Shown: one piece after another, positions 30,285 through 40,891 of the stretch
How positions within the stretch are numbered: the stretch's first letter is position 1
How the letters are laid out: each line of letters starts with the position of its first letter
Origin: a virus
Strand: one strand, 5' to 3'
IMG/VR virus record: IMGVR_UViG_3300005918_000012
Length of the DNA stretch: 64,000 nucleotides
Translations under genes and position numbers: made by a program
Notes under the pieces: generated by a model
Seen by the model: only the letters and a program-made list of their open reading frames with translations
Told to the model about the DNA's origin: nothing
The model's database searches: none

Positions 30285-33200
30285 ATGAGTAATTACGGAT
30301 CAGATATATCTAGGACACTTGATGCTGTAAACAGACAGTTCTCTAACATCCTGTTTAGAAAAGGGAAGCCCCCATTAGATGCTGAGTTCAATCTTCAAGA
30401 TGACATATGTTCTGAGGAGATGAGAGATGTTGTCCGTGCAATGATGCCTTCAGGCTTCGTTATGGACCCGACACGCTCTCTGGAAGATTTCCAATTCGAT
30501 CCTACATGGTCGAATATGTTCGTTCTGGGCAACCCTATGAAACGAACTATTGGTGCAACTACCACAATCGAACCGAACCCTGTCATCTGGGCTAATGTCA
30601 ATGGTTGGATGATTCCTGTAACAGGGACAGATATTGATGCTGCTGCCACTTGGATAACAGACCAAGGTGCAGCTACAAATATTGTTCGTTTGACTCCACC
30701 TCCTGAATCTGATGCTCGAATTGATTTCGTATTCTTGGAAGCTTGGCAATCCCGGGTAGATGCTAACCCAGCAACCGTTAACAAACCTGCTGCCGATAAG
30801 CTCTGGAAATATGGTAATACCAAGTTCGGTGGGACTAATCTCAGTGACGATCTTGAAGATCCTACTATTGGTTATCAGACTACAGCTCGTGTGCAGATTC
30901 AGTACAGAATCCGAGTATACAGCTCAGGTGCGGACCTTACCAATTACCCTGACGGATTAGGATATCCTAATATTCATGGCCAAGGAGCCGAAGATAGTCC
31001 TGTTTCAGGATACCCCTTCGAGAATATGCGTCAAGAACTGGGAGACCCTTCTCTGTGGAGAGCTGGAAGCCCAACTTCGACCGATATGGGAACCATTGAC
31101 GGTTACACCTATGCTATTCCAATCTGTGCTATTTTCCGACGGAACTCACGGTCATATGTGGCTGTGGCTGCCGGTGGAACTCCGAATCATAACGGTAGCT
31201 TTAACCGTATGCCTGGAACTGGCTTGCTGCCTGATCCGTTAGTTGGTGCAAAACCTCTGACAACGGCAATAGTTGATGGTGTTCTGACTCATGATGGTAT
31301 TCTTGCTTCTGATGGTTTCAGTTCTGCTAGTTTGGTTATCCCTACGACCCCTGCTGAGATTCAAAGACCTTACGGGAACTCAGTTACGTTTGATATTGCT
31401 GTGGATGCTCTGGACGGTTCTGGATTAGAAGACACTCAACACAGTGGACTCTATGTTAAGATTGATGATGAGATTCTCAGTGTCTCTGCTGTAGATACTG
31501 TTGCTGGGACTATCACAATCCCTGTAAGTGGTCGGGGAAGATTCGGTTCTGCCGTTACAGGTCATAATAAAGACTCTGTTATATCTTTCTTCAATACTCG
31601 ACCCGATGGTTTATATGCCGATCAGATTGCTGATAGTGATCTGTTGGATCTCCGTCATGGTATCAATGCTAATGACTGGGACTATGGCCGTTTGCTAGAA
31701 CGTGGGGTCACTGACCTCTTGACTGGTAAAATGAAAACAACTTGGAAACGAGAATCTGCTGGTGGCACTCAAGGTCCTGTTATACATGAAGTGGATGCTT
31801 TGTATGCTAATGATGCCTTACACCCAGCCGGTACTGACCCAGTAGATGGACCAGATGGCGTTCGGACGGTGTGGTCAGATGCAGCTGCTGTTCAACCAAA
31901 CGTCACTATCCTATTAGATAACGGAGCTCCTATAGTTCCGGGTCCTCAAACAGTTGATAGTTTCAATGCCTCTGTAGAGTGGGACGTTGCTCCTGGATTT
32001 AGTCCTTCAGGGTTCTTGAATACTGGCAGCTTGGATGAAGAACAATCCTTCTCGAATGGTTCAGTCCTTCTATTTCACATTGGTGGGGAAGATGGAACTG
32101 GTGGTGCCCGTGGAACTTTCCGAGATGGAAGTACCCGAGCAGTTCGATTCCTGATGCCTAAAGAAGCATGGCGGTCAGGATACCCTGTTGTAGATTTGGA
32201 AAATGGCCAACAGCATCCGATTCAACTTCGGTTCGGGGGTGAACGAGCCTTTGAACCTGCTCCTGATAATTTGGTAGCTACCAAGACTTCATATCATGCA
32301 GGTCCGATGTATCCTTGGAAAGACTTGTCCTTTGAATATCCTTTCATTGCTTTGGGAGGAATCCTGAAGTCAGGTGAAAGTCTGATGAAGTCGGATGTTC
32401 TTAACTCGTCTTATCAGAGTGCTAGTGATTACGATACTGATGTGTTTGCCAATTACACTATCATTGAGATAGACCTCAACAATTATGACTTCGATACACT
32501 TGGTGATTATGGCCGATGGGTGGCTACAGAACCCACAGGGACAAAACAATTCACCAATGACCCAACTACGGTCAACTATTCTCTCCTGAGAGGAGAGAGG
32601 ACCTTGTACGGCCTTTTAACTGACAATGGTCGTGACCTATCAGGTCTGTCTTCGGAAGTTTACTTAACCATCTACGGTGACCTCACATATCGTCATAACA
32701 ATGGTGCTTTCCAAGTTATCGGAGTCGGTACAGTAGGTTATACGACCAATAATGCTACAAATAGTACAAGCTTAGTTCTCCGACCACTATCGGCTGATTT
32801 CGATGGTTACGACTCTGATGTAGCAGCAACTTTGAGAGTAGAGTTTAGAACTCCTTATCATAATGCTGACGACACTTCAAATGCTGTAAGTGAAGTAGCC
32901 GATCTGGCCATCGTTTTAACTGATTTGGGTGGCATTTTAGATCAAGAGATCCAAGTCAGTAATATGGTAATTTCAACCGGGGATCATCCTTGGAAACAAG
33001 CATATTTGGGTTTTGGTACTAATTACGATTTAACACTCCCTTATGATGCAAGTGCTGGGACAGTTAACATTGCAGCCAGTAAAGCTCTGATAAATCTTAC
33101 ATTGGTCTATCACCCTGGCCGAGGTGCTATGAATCGTGTCCCGGATGAACTGAATAGATTTGCTTTGAGAGGTAGTAACACTGCATCTCCTACAGGTGGG

Positions 33201-36200
33201 TATCTGAGAGGTAACAAGGCTAGTATTGATACAAGTTTCTCAGCAGCTCCTACCGATGAGATTTGGTGGAACCCTGTTCACATGCAGTTGTGGAATCGTC
33301 TACCCTCCTTGGGATGGGCAGCCCCTTCGGCTGAAAACTACGGCGGTAATGTTGTAGGTTACACAGAACAAGACCGAGAATCTGAATTATTCTATGACCG
33401 TGGCAGCAAGTCTGCTATTTTCAGACCTTTCCGTGACCGTCAGATGACTCTCCAAGCTATGAGTATCTCGGATACTGATGGAACTACGGCATTCCCACTT
33501 GCCACTACAGGTTTACAAGGTGCTTTCCGATACCTATCCAATCTTATCTATAAAGATGCTGGACAACTCTTTACACCAAACAAATATGCAGCTTTCCCAG
33601 TACCTTTCGAGTTCATGCCACGATTTGGTCGGCAGGATATCCCTTACTATGTGGATATCAACTCCGGTGGGGGTCCATTCCTGAGTGGTATCAACCACTT
33701 GTTCGAGGATACTATCAATGTGACCTCTAACATTTTCAATATTATTGGTGGTGAACCTGAGACTTCGGAAATAAAGACACTGATCTTTAGAACGGATACT
33801 CCTGCTCAGTATGCCGAATACGATACTACCTACACAGGTATTGAGAATGCAAGACCTGTGATGTTTGCCCGTAAAACAACGGACATCAACGTCCCTGCAA
33901 CTCAGTATGGTCCAGAGATTCTGGCTCAATTAGCAGCAGTAAACTCATCCGACTTCGGTAAAGGACTCAAAGGAATCCAGTTGCCACCATATATCGGTCC
34001 AGCTCGTGTTCTTGGTGTCTATGAGAAAGCAGACTTCGAATCCAAAGGAGGTCATACTTTTAAAGGAAACCGCTGGCAGATGGAAGAAGAATCCCCACCA
34101 AACTTGCTGAGAACAGATGCTGATCGTCAGACTTTGTTCATCCTTCAAGATGGGGCAAAAGACCTTACATTAGAGGATGAAGACCACACGTACATCATTC
34201 CGTCGAATGCAATCGACTTTACCCGATCCCTGACTTATATTGCAGCAGGAGACGCAAGTAAAACCTTCGAGGATTACGATTATATCGTAGAATGTACCGT
34301 CTTTGGGTTTGCCAAGGGATTCATCACCGAGAATAACTACGTCCTAGTACGTCGTTTGAATGGCCAAGGCGGAACAAACGTGGATAACTTCCTCAATCCT
34401 ATTGAGTATGATGACATCAAGATGGTCATACCATGCCCAGCAGGGGATAGTCACCAACTGTACTCAGCCTACAACAGGACTGTTTATCAGGGAGATCCTT
34501 ATTTCTCTGTAGATGGAACTGTTACTGACTATTCAACCCGATACGGACAAATTAGCGTCCGTCATCAGTATGACCTTCGTGTCCCGATTCAGCAATACGA
34601 TACCAACGGGAACTTTATGCCGGAAACTCCTAACCCAAGAGCTTTTGAAGTTCTTGCTTCGATGGACTTTTACACCACGATGGGAACCGGCAAAATGGGT
34701 GGAGACCTTTATCCTGGAACTCCTTTGGATATCGGCCACACCGAATTAGGATTGAATGCTTCGGCTCGATATCCTCTGACAAATTCAAGTCCTGCTTGGA
34801 GAATTGAACCAAGGACGTACACTGAGGGTCAGAAATCTAACTCTAGCAGAGCTGGGTTAGATGTTATATGCCAAGACAATGCCAATTGGAGTGTTGATGG
34901 TGACCCTTACTATACTTTCACTCGTTTCCGTTTCGGCTTGATAGACGGAACTTTAGTAGATATCTACGGGGCTACAACAGATCTGGCAGCCATTTTAACT
35001 GATCCTGTAACAGGTGGGTTGGCTATTGATGGAGACGATGTGTTTGTGGTAGATTCCATCTCTAAACAAATCGTTATGGAAGGTTCAGAAACCAAGCCTA
35101 CTATTACTATTCCTGCCGGAGGATATCACGAATATACCGTAGCTGTGACAGGAGGAACTCCTGTTGACGGTGACCACGTACTCTTTACTTCATCGAATCT
35201 TCATTCTGCTGGTGATGGTCGGCTTGTCACCATGTGTAGAGTTGCTACTGAAGTAACTGTTACAATCATTGACCCTGGTGAAAAGACAGAGACATACTTA
35301 ACTGATGATGAAACCGTGACCTTTGCTAATCCTGTTGCTGCTAATACTACAGTGCCAGCTGATGCCGTTATCCAGATTCTTCTGGCCGATTTACCAGATG
35401 GTGACTTCACATTGTTTGTGCAGGATACTGACCAAGCTGTTGGTGCTCCTGACGGAATGATCTTTACTTGTGAGTCCGTTATTAGTGGTACGTATTTGGA
35501 TGTTCAAGTGTATGCTCATAATACTTCAAGTGTAGCAGTTACCGGCGGTACACGAGACATTAGAATCGGTGTGGCTGGTAAACAAGATGACATTACAGCA
35601 ACAGATGTTGATCTGAGTGTTAAAGTATTCCAAACCACAGGAGATATGGCTACAACCATAGCTAACCTGACGGCTGCTGTTAATAACCATTCCAAGCTTT
35701 ACCAGAACCTGAAATCTTTCAGTGCCGGTGCTTCGGCTATCAGATTCGTAGCAGTCCCAACGGGTCAAGAAGGTAATGATGTTACCGTGACTGTTCAAAA
35801 GGTTGTTGTCGAGATAGATGGTGGTGTTGCTTCCATCTTTGGAGAATACACAGCTCAAGATCAGGCTTATCCTGTGAATGCTATCCCATCCAATAGTAAC
35901 CCACAACCATTCGTGGCTTCTTCTGCAACTCCGCTCATTGGGGGGACTAACTTCCCAATGAATGCTGGAGACGGAACGAGTCAAATTGGTTTGACAGGTA
36001 TGACAGAGAGATTACCTCTCGGGGCATTGCTCCAAGATAGTGATTTCTGCTGTGAAAACCCATTGAACGATCATGCTTCTGCCGTTAAAACAAGCCCGAC
36101 TGGTCCACGGCCTATCCAGACTTTGATGCCGATGACTCAGCAAGGTGAGGAATTTGAAAGGTTTAACGGAGCTCCTGGTCAGCTTTTGGCTCTTTCAGAT

Positions 36201-36692
36201 GGTCATCTCTGTATTGACACTTTCAGTTCATGGACAACTACAGACCCAACGGGTACGAGAAAGTATCGTATTTTCCGTGGTTCTGGTGCTGCTTATGTGT
36301 TGTCTGGGGATAATCCAGGTGGTCCGATTGACTGGGTATCTGATACATTCCCACCGTCTGCTCAACCTGTTCTTAAAGGTGGGGTGTTAGCGTGTCGGGC
36401 TATGTTGGTGAGAAACTTCCCAGAGCATTTCGACACCAGTTACCCGTCAGAGGGTGACGAAATTCAAATGGTCGTACTTACCCAAGGTCATATTGGGAAC
36501 GGAAAATCCCAGATTGAGGGTATAACATTAGATGGTATAATTTCTCCATCAGGTTATGGAGAAGGTTATGCAGCAGCTGACAGGTACAGGATAAGTGGTC
36601 ACCCGATGTTTAGGGGCTTCACTCGTCAAGTGCCGGATTTGGCTGATGTTCAATTAGCGGTTTACCCGGATAGTCTCCGGGAACCAGAATAA
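30285..36692 (+). CDS. Very large baseplate/tail-fibre protein, paralogue of 16260..19880
   Basis: 2135 aa. Blocks 'ILFRKGKPPLDAEF', 'RIDFVFLEAW', 'TTARVQIQYRIR', 'GTIDGYTYAIPICAIFR' and 'RPDGLYADQI...LLDLR'. Confidence 0.65.
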   Translation: MSNYGSDISRTLDAVNRQFSNILFRKGKPPLDAEFNLQDDICSEEMRDVVRAMMPSGFVMDPTRSLEDFQFDPTWSNMFVLGNPMKRTIGATTTIEPNPVIWANVNGWMIPVTGTDIDAAATWITDQGAATNIVRLTPPPESDARIDFVFLEAWQSRVDANPATVNKPAADKLWKYGNTKFGGTNLSDDLEDPTIGYQTTARVQIQYRIRVYSSGADLTNYPDGLGYPNIHGQGAEDSPVSGYPFENMRQELGDPSLWRAGSPTSTDMGTIDGYTYAIPICAIFRRNSRSYVAVAAGGTPNHNGSFNRMPGTGLLPDPLVGAKPLTTAIVDGVLTHDGILASDGFSSASLVIPTTPAEIQRPYGNSVTFDIAVDALDGSGLEDTQHSGLYVKIDDEILSVSAVDTVAGTITIPVSGRGRFGSAVTGHNKDSVISFFNTRPDGLYADQIADSDLLDLRHGINANDWDYGRLLERGVTDLLTGKMKTTWKRESAGGTQGPVIHEVDALYANDALHPAGTDPVDGPDGVRTVWSDAAAVQPNVTILLDNGAPIVPGPQTVDSFNASVEWDVAPGFSPSGFLNTGSLDEEQSFSNGSVLLFHIGGEDGTGGARGTFRDGSTRAVRFLMPKEAWRSGYPVVDLENGQQHPIQLRFGGERAFEPAPDNLVATKTSYHAGPMYPWKDLSFEYPFIALGGILKSGESLMKSDVLNSSYQSASDYDTDVFANYTIIEIDLNNYDFDTLGDYGRWVATEPTGTKQFTNDPTTVNYSLLRGERTLYGLLTDNGRDLSGLSSEVYLTIYGDLTYRHNNGAFQVIGVGTVGYTTNNATNSTSLVLRPLSADFDGYDSDVAATLRVEFRTPYHNADDTSNAVSEVADLAIVLTDLGGILDQEIQVSNMVISTGDHPWKQAYLGFGTNYDLTLPYDASAGTVNIAASKALINLTLVYHPGRGAMNRVPDELNRFALRGSNTASPTGGYLRGNKASIDTSFSAAPTDEIWWNPVHMQLWNRLPSLGWAAPSAENYGGNVVGYTEQDRESELFYDRGSKSAIFRPFRDRQMTLQAMSISDTDGTTAFPLATTGLQGAFRYLSNLIYKDAGQLFTPNKYAAFPVPFEFMPRFGRQDIPYYVDINSGGGPFLSGINHLFEDTINVTSNIFNIIGGEPETSEIKTLIFRTDTPAQYAEYDTTYTGIENARPVMFARKTTDINVPATQYGPEILAQLAAVNSSDFGKGLKGIQLPPYIGPARVLGVYEKADFESKGGHTFKGNRWQMEEESPPNLLRTDADRQTLFILQDGAKDLTLEDEDHTYIIPSNAIDFTRSLTYIAAGDASKTFEDYDYIVECTVFGFAKGFITENNYVLVRRLNGQGGTNVDNFLNPIEYDDIKMVIPCPAGDSHQLYSAYNRTVYQGDPYFSVDGTVTDYSTRYGQISVRHQYDLRVPIQQYDTNGNFMPETPNPRAFEVLASMDFYTTMGTGKMGGDLYPGTPLDIGHTELGLNASARYPLTNSSPAWRIEPRTYTEGQKSNSSRAGLDVICQDNANWSVDGDPYYTFTRFRFGLIDGTLVDIYGATTDLAAILTDPVTGGLAIDGDDVFVVDSISKQIVMEGSETKPTITIPAGGYHEYTVAVTGGTPVDGDHVLFTSSNLHSAGDGRLVTMCRVATEVTVTIIDPGEKTETYLTDDETVTFANPVAANTTVPADAVIQILLADLPDGDFTLFVQDTDQAVGAPDGMIFTCESVISGTYLDVQVYAHNTSSVAVTGGTRDIRIGVAGKQDDITATDVDLSVKVFQTTGDMATTIANLTAAVNNHSKLYQNLKSFSAGASAIRFVAVPTGQEGNDVTVTVQKVVVEIDGGVASIFGEYTAQDQAYPVNAIPSNSNPQPFVASSATPLIGGTNFPMNAGDGTSQIGLTGMTERLPLGALLQDSDFCCENPLNDHASAVKTSPTGPRPIQTLMPMTQQGEEFERFNGAPGQLLALSDGHLCIDTFSSWTTTDPTGTRKYRIFRGSGAAYVLSGDNPGGPIDWVSDTFPPSAQPVLKGGVLACRAMLVRNFPEHFDTSYPSEGDEIQMVVLTQGHIGNGKSQIEGITLDGIISPSGYGEGYAAADRYRISGHPMFRGFTRQVPDLADVQLAVYPDSLREPE

Positions 36693-36712
36693 CGTCTTAG
36701 GAGGACAAAGAA

Positions 36713-37252
36713 ATGAAACATGTTTTATTTTTGATGCTTTTGGTGGCTTTTATGGTGAGCGGTTGTTCAACCATGGATTACTTCAAACGAGCAGAGAACC
36801 AACAGGTTCTGATGGATGCTGGTGTTACCTGTTTTGCAAGTGACAACTACACGATTGGTATTGAGTATGGTTTAACCAGAGATGGTGAAACAATTACGAA
36901 TGCTACTCAAGTTGGTGGGGTCATCGGTTGTGACAATAAGAAGTTTTCGGTTATTTGTGATGTTACCAAGAAGCCTGGTGAGAACCCCTGTCCTAATATA
37001 AGATCATTTACCGAAGACCCACCACCTAATGCTGATGCCGAAGTTGCTCCTGAAGTAATACCTGAGCCTGTCCCAGCAGTAATACCTGAAGTAATACCCG
37101 AAGTAACACCTGAAAAAGTTGTTGAAGAACCTATAGCTATAGAGTGCTTAAACAGAGATGTCCTTGCTTTAATTTGTGAGATCAGAGGAACTCAATCGTT
37201 TATACACAGAGATGTTCCCGGTGAAATTTGGATGGCAACTCAAAATGGCTGA
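36713..37252 (+). CDS. Predicted lipoprotein with Pro/Glu-rich repeat linker
   Basis: Signal peptide ending in VSGC (lipobox). PEVI/PEVT repeats at about 37045-37115. Confidence 0.7.
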   Translation: MKHVLFLMLLVAFMVSGCSTMDYFKRAENQQVLMDAGVTCFASDNYTIGIEYGLTRDGETITNATQVGGVIGCDNKKFSVICDVTKKPGENPCPNIRSFTEDPPPNADAEVAPEVIPEPVPAVIPEVIPEVTPEKVVEEPIAIECLNRDVLALICEIRGTQSFIHRDVPGEIWMATQNG

Positions 37253-37589
37253 TAGTCCTTATGATATCAAAACTTCAATGACCGTTGGTGCGGTCATTGA
37301 CTTTTTGAATAGTTTGCTCCTGATAGACAGGGGAGCTGTAACCGAGCTGGTAGGGGCTAGAGTCCTATGTAACGACTCTATGGCCAATCATCCTTCGGTA
37401 CAGGTATCTGCTGACCCGAACGGTAAAAATGCTGCTGTGGGCTTCTTAGGTGTCCTGAATGGTATTTTTGGAGCAGATTATGAAGGCTGGGGTCAAATCA
37501 TGATTGAGTTTGATGATGATACTAATCTCATCCAAAAATTCGTGAAGACTTCACCCGTGCAAAGAAAGTGGGGGTCATGCCTTTTATAA
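37245..37589 (+). CDS. Hypothetical phage protein
   Basis: ORF track gives 37176..37589. ATG 37245, overlapping the upstream stop, is the likelier start. Contains 'CNDSMANHPSVQV...VGFLGVLNGIFG'. Confidence 0.65.
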   Translation: MADSPYDIKTSMTVGAVIDFLNSLLLIDRGAVTELVGARVLCNDSMANHPSVQVSADPNGKNAAVGFLGVLNGIFGADYEGWGQIMIEFDDDTNLIQKFVKTSPVQRKWGSCLL

Positions 37590-37786
37590 AACGAGAAGAC
37601 CTCGACAAGAAAGTTAGGGCTCCCCATGAGAAGTCCTATAAAGCTAAATTAAAGAAAGCTTTAACTGATCCATTGATAACTCCTGAAGACCGGGAGCATA
37701 TCAAAGAACAGTTAGCCACTCTCGGGAAACCGAAAGTGTATCGTAGAGATTCACCCATTAAACCAGGTGCTGTTGACCTGTCTTAG
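37568..37786 (+). CDS. Small basic hypothetical protein
   Basis: 72-aa ORF overlapping the upstream gene. Confidence 0.6.
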   Translation: MGVMPFIKREDLDKKVRAPHEKSYKAKLKKALTDPLITPEDREHIKEQLATLGKPKVYRRDSPIKPGAVDLS

Positions 37787-37837
37787 GGTAACATAGTCTC
37801 GGTTGTCCTTTCGGATGACCTTTGACAAGGAGGAAAG

Positions 37838-38248
37838 ATGAAGAAAATATTGCTTGTGATGATGATGTTCCTGTTGCTGACCTCAGTTGGTCTGGCAGAA
37901 GATAACACGGAGCAAGAACCTACGGATCTAGTCCCAATTGTGGGAGTAGACGGACCAATTGAAGTTGCTGCTGTGGAGATTGCTACCGTAGTGGTAGTAG
38001 CTCCTGTAGAATCCACGGAGGTACCGGCTGATGCTGAACTTACTCCGGCAGTAGACGAACCTATACTAAAGGTTATTCCGGCTATTATAAAAGAATTGCC
38101 CAACATGCCGGATATTGAGAAGGTTACTGAGATTGCAGAAGAAGAAGGTGCTCCTTGGGGTACTTATGGTGGTGTTTTGGTATTGATCCTAGCAGCTATT
38201 GTTGGTTTCATTAAAGTACAACGAAAAAAAGAAAAAAACTTGAAATAG
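37838..38248 (+). CDS. Exported acidic protein with signal peptide and C-terminal membrane anchor
   Basis: AAGGAGG RBS, N-terminal signal, C-terminal TM helix followed by a basic tail. Confidence 0.7.
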   Translation: MKKILLVMMMFLLLTSVGLAEDNTEQEPTDLVPIVGVDGPIEVAAVEIATVVVVAPVESTEVPADAELTPAVDEPILKVIPAIIKELPNMPDIEKVTEIAEEEGAPWGTYGGVLVLILAAIVGFIKVQRKKEKNLK

Positions 38249-38266
38249 ATTGTTGTGAGCCTGAGC

Positions 38267-38301
38267 AAAAAACCCCGATAGGTTCATCCTATCGGGGTTT
38301 T
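38267..38301. terminator. Bidirectional intrinsic terminator between convergent operons
   Basis: AAAACCCCGATAGG-ttcat-CCTATCGGGGTTTT perfect hairpin, flanked by A and T runs. Confidence 0.85.
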
Positions 38302-38318
38302 GTTGTTGGGTATTGGTG

Positions 38319-38903
38319 TTATTTGCCCTCAGTAATGAGAACTGTGGACTTGGCACCTTCAGCTTGTCGGGCAGTATTGTTCTTGTAGTCTATAATCATA
38401 GGGAACGGGTAGGTCGTGACCTTGGATTCAACGTAGACTGGAGCCATCTTCATAACCCCCTGATCTTTCACGGCACACATAACCCAAGTGGCAGCCGTAG
38501 TCTTAGATGAAAACATACCATTTGGTTCAGCTTGTTCAATGATTGCACTGGAACCATTATAGAGTCTTTTTAGAGGGTTCGTCAGTTGTACGTCATAAGG
38601 TATAGGGAATCCAATAGAAGGGCAATCTCCTTCAATCATACCGGTGTTGCTTCTCCAGATTGTATGGGTGGCAACTGTTTTGTTTCTGGCCTGATAGATT
38701 TGAGTGTAGACCGATCTTTCTCGACTATCATCAAACCACGGGATAGGGTGGACTTTGGCATACTGTTCCTGTTGGCTGTTGACTTTGATAGCATCTTGAC
38801 GTTCTTGGCTGCTTGAGCCACCACATCCACCGTCGGCTCCGATGAGCATAGTGAACATGGCCAGAATGATGACAATGTAAAGTACACGTTTAAAGTTTAT
38901 CAT
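38319..38903 (-). CDS. Predicted lipoprotein, 'QAEPNG' family, paralogue 2
   Basis: Hydrophobic N-terminus plus Cys. Shares 'GDCPSIGFPIPYDVQLTNP...QAEPNG.FSSKTTAATW' with 38906..39499. Confidence 0.75.
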   Translation of the reverse strand: MINFKRVLYIVIILAMFTMLIGADGGCGGSSSQERQDAIKVNSQQEQYAKVHPIPWFDDSRERSVYTQIYQARNKTVATHTIWRSNTGMIEGDCPSIGFPIPYDVQLTNPLKRLYNGSSAIIEQAEPNGMFSSKTTAATWVMCAVKDQGVMKMAPVYVESKVTTYPFPMIIDYKNNTARQAEGAKSTVLITEGK

Positions 38904-38905
38904 AA

Positions 38906-39499
38906 TTATCTACCTCCTTCGGTAATAATAACACTGGGTTTTGCAACAAGGTCCGCTGGAAAAACTCGGTTGGTTTCGTAATCTACGTTGACAGGGTAGG
39001 GGTAGGTCGTCACCTTACCTTCAACGTAAACAGGCATCATTTTGGCAATCCCTTGATCCATGAAAGCACACATAATCCAGGTAGCTGCTGTAGTCTTTGA
39101 CGAAAATAGTCCGTTAGGTTCAGCTTGTTCAACTGTCCCATCCACATAATCATCTGCACGGCCAAGGCTTAATAAGGTTATCTTCTCAGGGTTTGTCAAT
39201 TGGACATCGTAGGGTATAGGGAAGCCGATGGACGGACAATCTCCTTCAATGATACTCATACTTCCACGCCAGACAGTATGGGTAGCCACAGCTTTGTTTC
39301 TGGCTTTGTATATCTGGGTATAGACCGACCTCTCTCTACTGTAGTCGAAGAACGGCACGGGTTGAGTTTTGGAATACTGCTCCTGTTGAGCATTGACAGC
39401 TTTCGAGTCTTCCATTTCCTGTTGGACACTGGAAGTGTCTACACAGCCAGTTAAGGCCAGTAGGGTCATCATAATGATGAATAGAATAAAGTTTTTCAT
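38906..39499 (-). CDS. Predicted lipoprotein, 'QAEPNG' family, paralogue 1
   Basis: Lipobox LTGC. Tandem paralogue of 38319..38903. Confidence 0.75.
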   Translation of the reverse strand: MKNFILFIIMMTLLALTGCVDTSSVQQEMEDSKAVNAQQEQYSKTQPVPFFDYSRERSVYTQIYKARNKAVATHTVWRGSMSIIEGDCPSIGFPIPYDVQLTNPEKITLLSLGRADDYVDGTVEQAEPNGLFSSKTTAATWIMCAFMDQGIAKMMPVYVEGKVTTYPYPVNVDYETNRVFPADLVAKPSVIITEGGR

Positions 39500-39528
39500 A
39501 GCACAAGTTTCCTTTCGTTAGGGTTAAG

Positions 39529-39939
39529 TTAGAGGCCACAGATTCCACGAACCACGGCTGGAACAGCACTTTGGGTCGTAGCCATCTGAGCAATAATACA
39601 CAATTGGTTTTTGATAGCAGCACGTTGGATCTCCAACGACTGAGCAAGCTGAGGCTGGTTATCTATGTTAGCTTGGGCAATACGACTCCCAAGGCCAGCA
39701 TAGCTGGTTTGCATGGTCAGCATTTCTTGCATTTTGCCTTCGGTGTACTGGAATGAGGTTTTCGTGATAATGCGGTCTCCGTAGAGGAATGCAGGTCTCA
39801 CGGCCATACTCAGGCCACCAAGGACGAGGCTAATGAGGAAGAGGCCAATAATAATCTTGAACCCCAACCACATACCTTTTCCAGCATGGTAATTGGCTTC
39901 TTTGTAATTTTCTTCATACTCACGGTCAAATTTGGACAT
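39529..39939 (-). CDS. Membrane-anchored helical protein
   Basis: One TM helix, AAAGGAA RBS, co-oriented upstream of the two lipoproteins. Confidence 0.7.
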   Translation of the reverse strand: MSKFDREYEENYKEANYHAGKGMWLGFKIIIGLFLISLVLGGLSMAVRPAFLYGDRIITKTSFQYTEGKMQEMLTMQTSYAGLGSRIAQANIDNQPQLAQSLEIQRAAIKNQLCIIAQMATTQSAVPAVVRGICGL

Positions 39940-39954
39940 TTCAGTTCCTTTCAG

Positions 39955-40887
39955 TTAAAGTTTCATTACTTTTACTACTACCCCATAATGAGATAGAATT
40001 AAATCTTTTACAACTTGTTTGTAGATGATACCAACCTCCCATCTTTTATCACCTTGATTCCATTTTCTAGCCCTTGGAGGGACTTTAGTTTTCAATTCAG
40101 TTAAGAATGTTTCATTATAAGGAGTCTTGACAAGTAAAGTGTTTCCGTTACGAGTCAGGGCATCTGGCTCGATAGTACCCTTGTAGGGTTTCTTGACAGA
40201 CTTGGTGTTTTTGTGTTGATACCGATGGAGATCTCCCCATTGATACTTACGGAGTTTCCAAACACCCGTAGTCCAATCTTCTTTCAACCCACAGGCCAAA
40301 CTTCTTCCATAAAAGATACCAAGGATAATATCCAAGTGTTCTCTTTGTTTAAATGGGATGTTCCAGATATATTTCCTGCCTATTTTCAAATCCGTTTTGA
40401 TACTACCTGGGATTTCAAGAAGGGCTGCATTCATTTTCCATTTTGATCCTTTGACAGCTACAGAATACATCTGGATTTCTTCATCCTTGGTGATGGTTAC
40501 TTCTGTTCGGTCAGTTTCCAGACGATCAGCCAGCTCAGTATAACCAAGTTCACGGATCATTCTGGAACATTTGAAGACTTCTTCCTTGTTATGATACTGA
40601 CAGGAAGCCCAATAGATCAGCAAATTAGAGCCCTTACGAGCATTTGTGTGTTTATAATTGACGAGTTTTCTGAATCCTAAGATGATATGGTCAGGAAGTT
40701 TAGAGATCATCAAGAGGCCAAGAGTGGACATTACCATCTCAGATGTAGTTTCATGGAGAGGGTCATAATACCGTTTAGAGCAAGTCGGACCAATGCCGTG
40801 CTCAACAGACTCTGCATCCGTTAAGGATTTCCCACATATACAACAGCGGGTGGCAGTGATTTGGGTAATTTGATTTAAAGCCTCCAT
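39955..40887 (-). CDS. DUF6011-type zinc-finger protein with C-terminal HARP-like domain
   Basis: 'CCICGKSLTDAESVEHGIGPTC' at the N-terminus. C-terminal 'TPYNETFLTELK...RKWNQGDKRWEV'. Confidence 0.65.
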   Translation of the reverse strand: MEALNQITQITATRCCICGKSLTDAESVEHGIGPTCSKRYYDPLHETTSEMVMSTLGLLMISKLPDHIILGFRKLVNYKHTNARKGSNLLIYWASCQYHNKEEVFKCSRMIRELGYTELADRLETDRTEVTITKDEEIQMYSVAVKGSKWKMNAALLEIPGSIKTDLKIGRKYIWNIPFKQREHLDIILGIFYGRSLACGLKEDWTTGVWKLRKYQWGDLHRYQHKNTKSVKKPYKGTIEPDALTRNGNTLLVKTPYNETFLTELKTKVPPRARKWNQGDKRWEVGIIYKQVVKDLILSHYGVVVKVMKL

Positions 40888-40891
40888 AGTC

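Noticed and set aside
36713-38248. Spanin/holin lysis cassette
   Set aside because: A lipoprotein and a membrane protein are present after the tail genes, but there is no endolysin, no coiled-coil i-spanin and no nested o-spanin arrangement.
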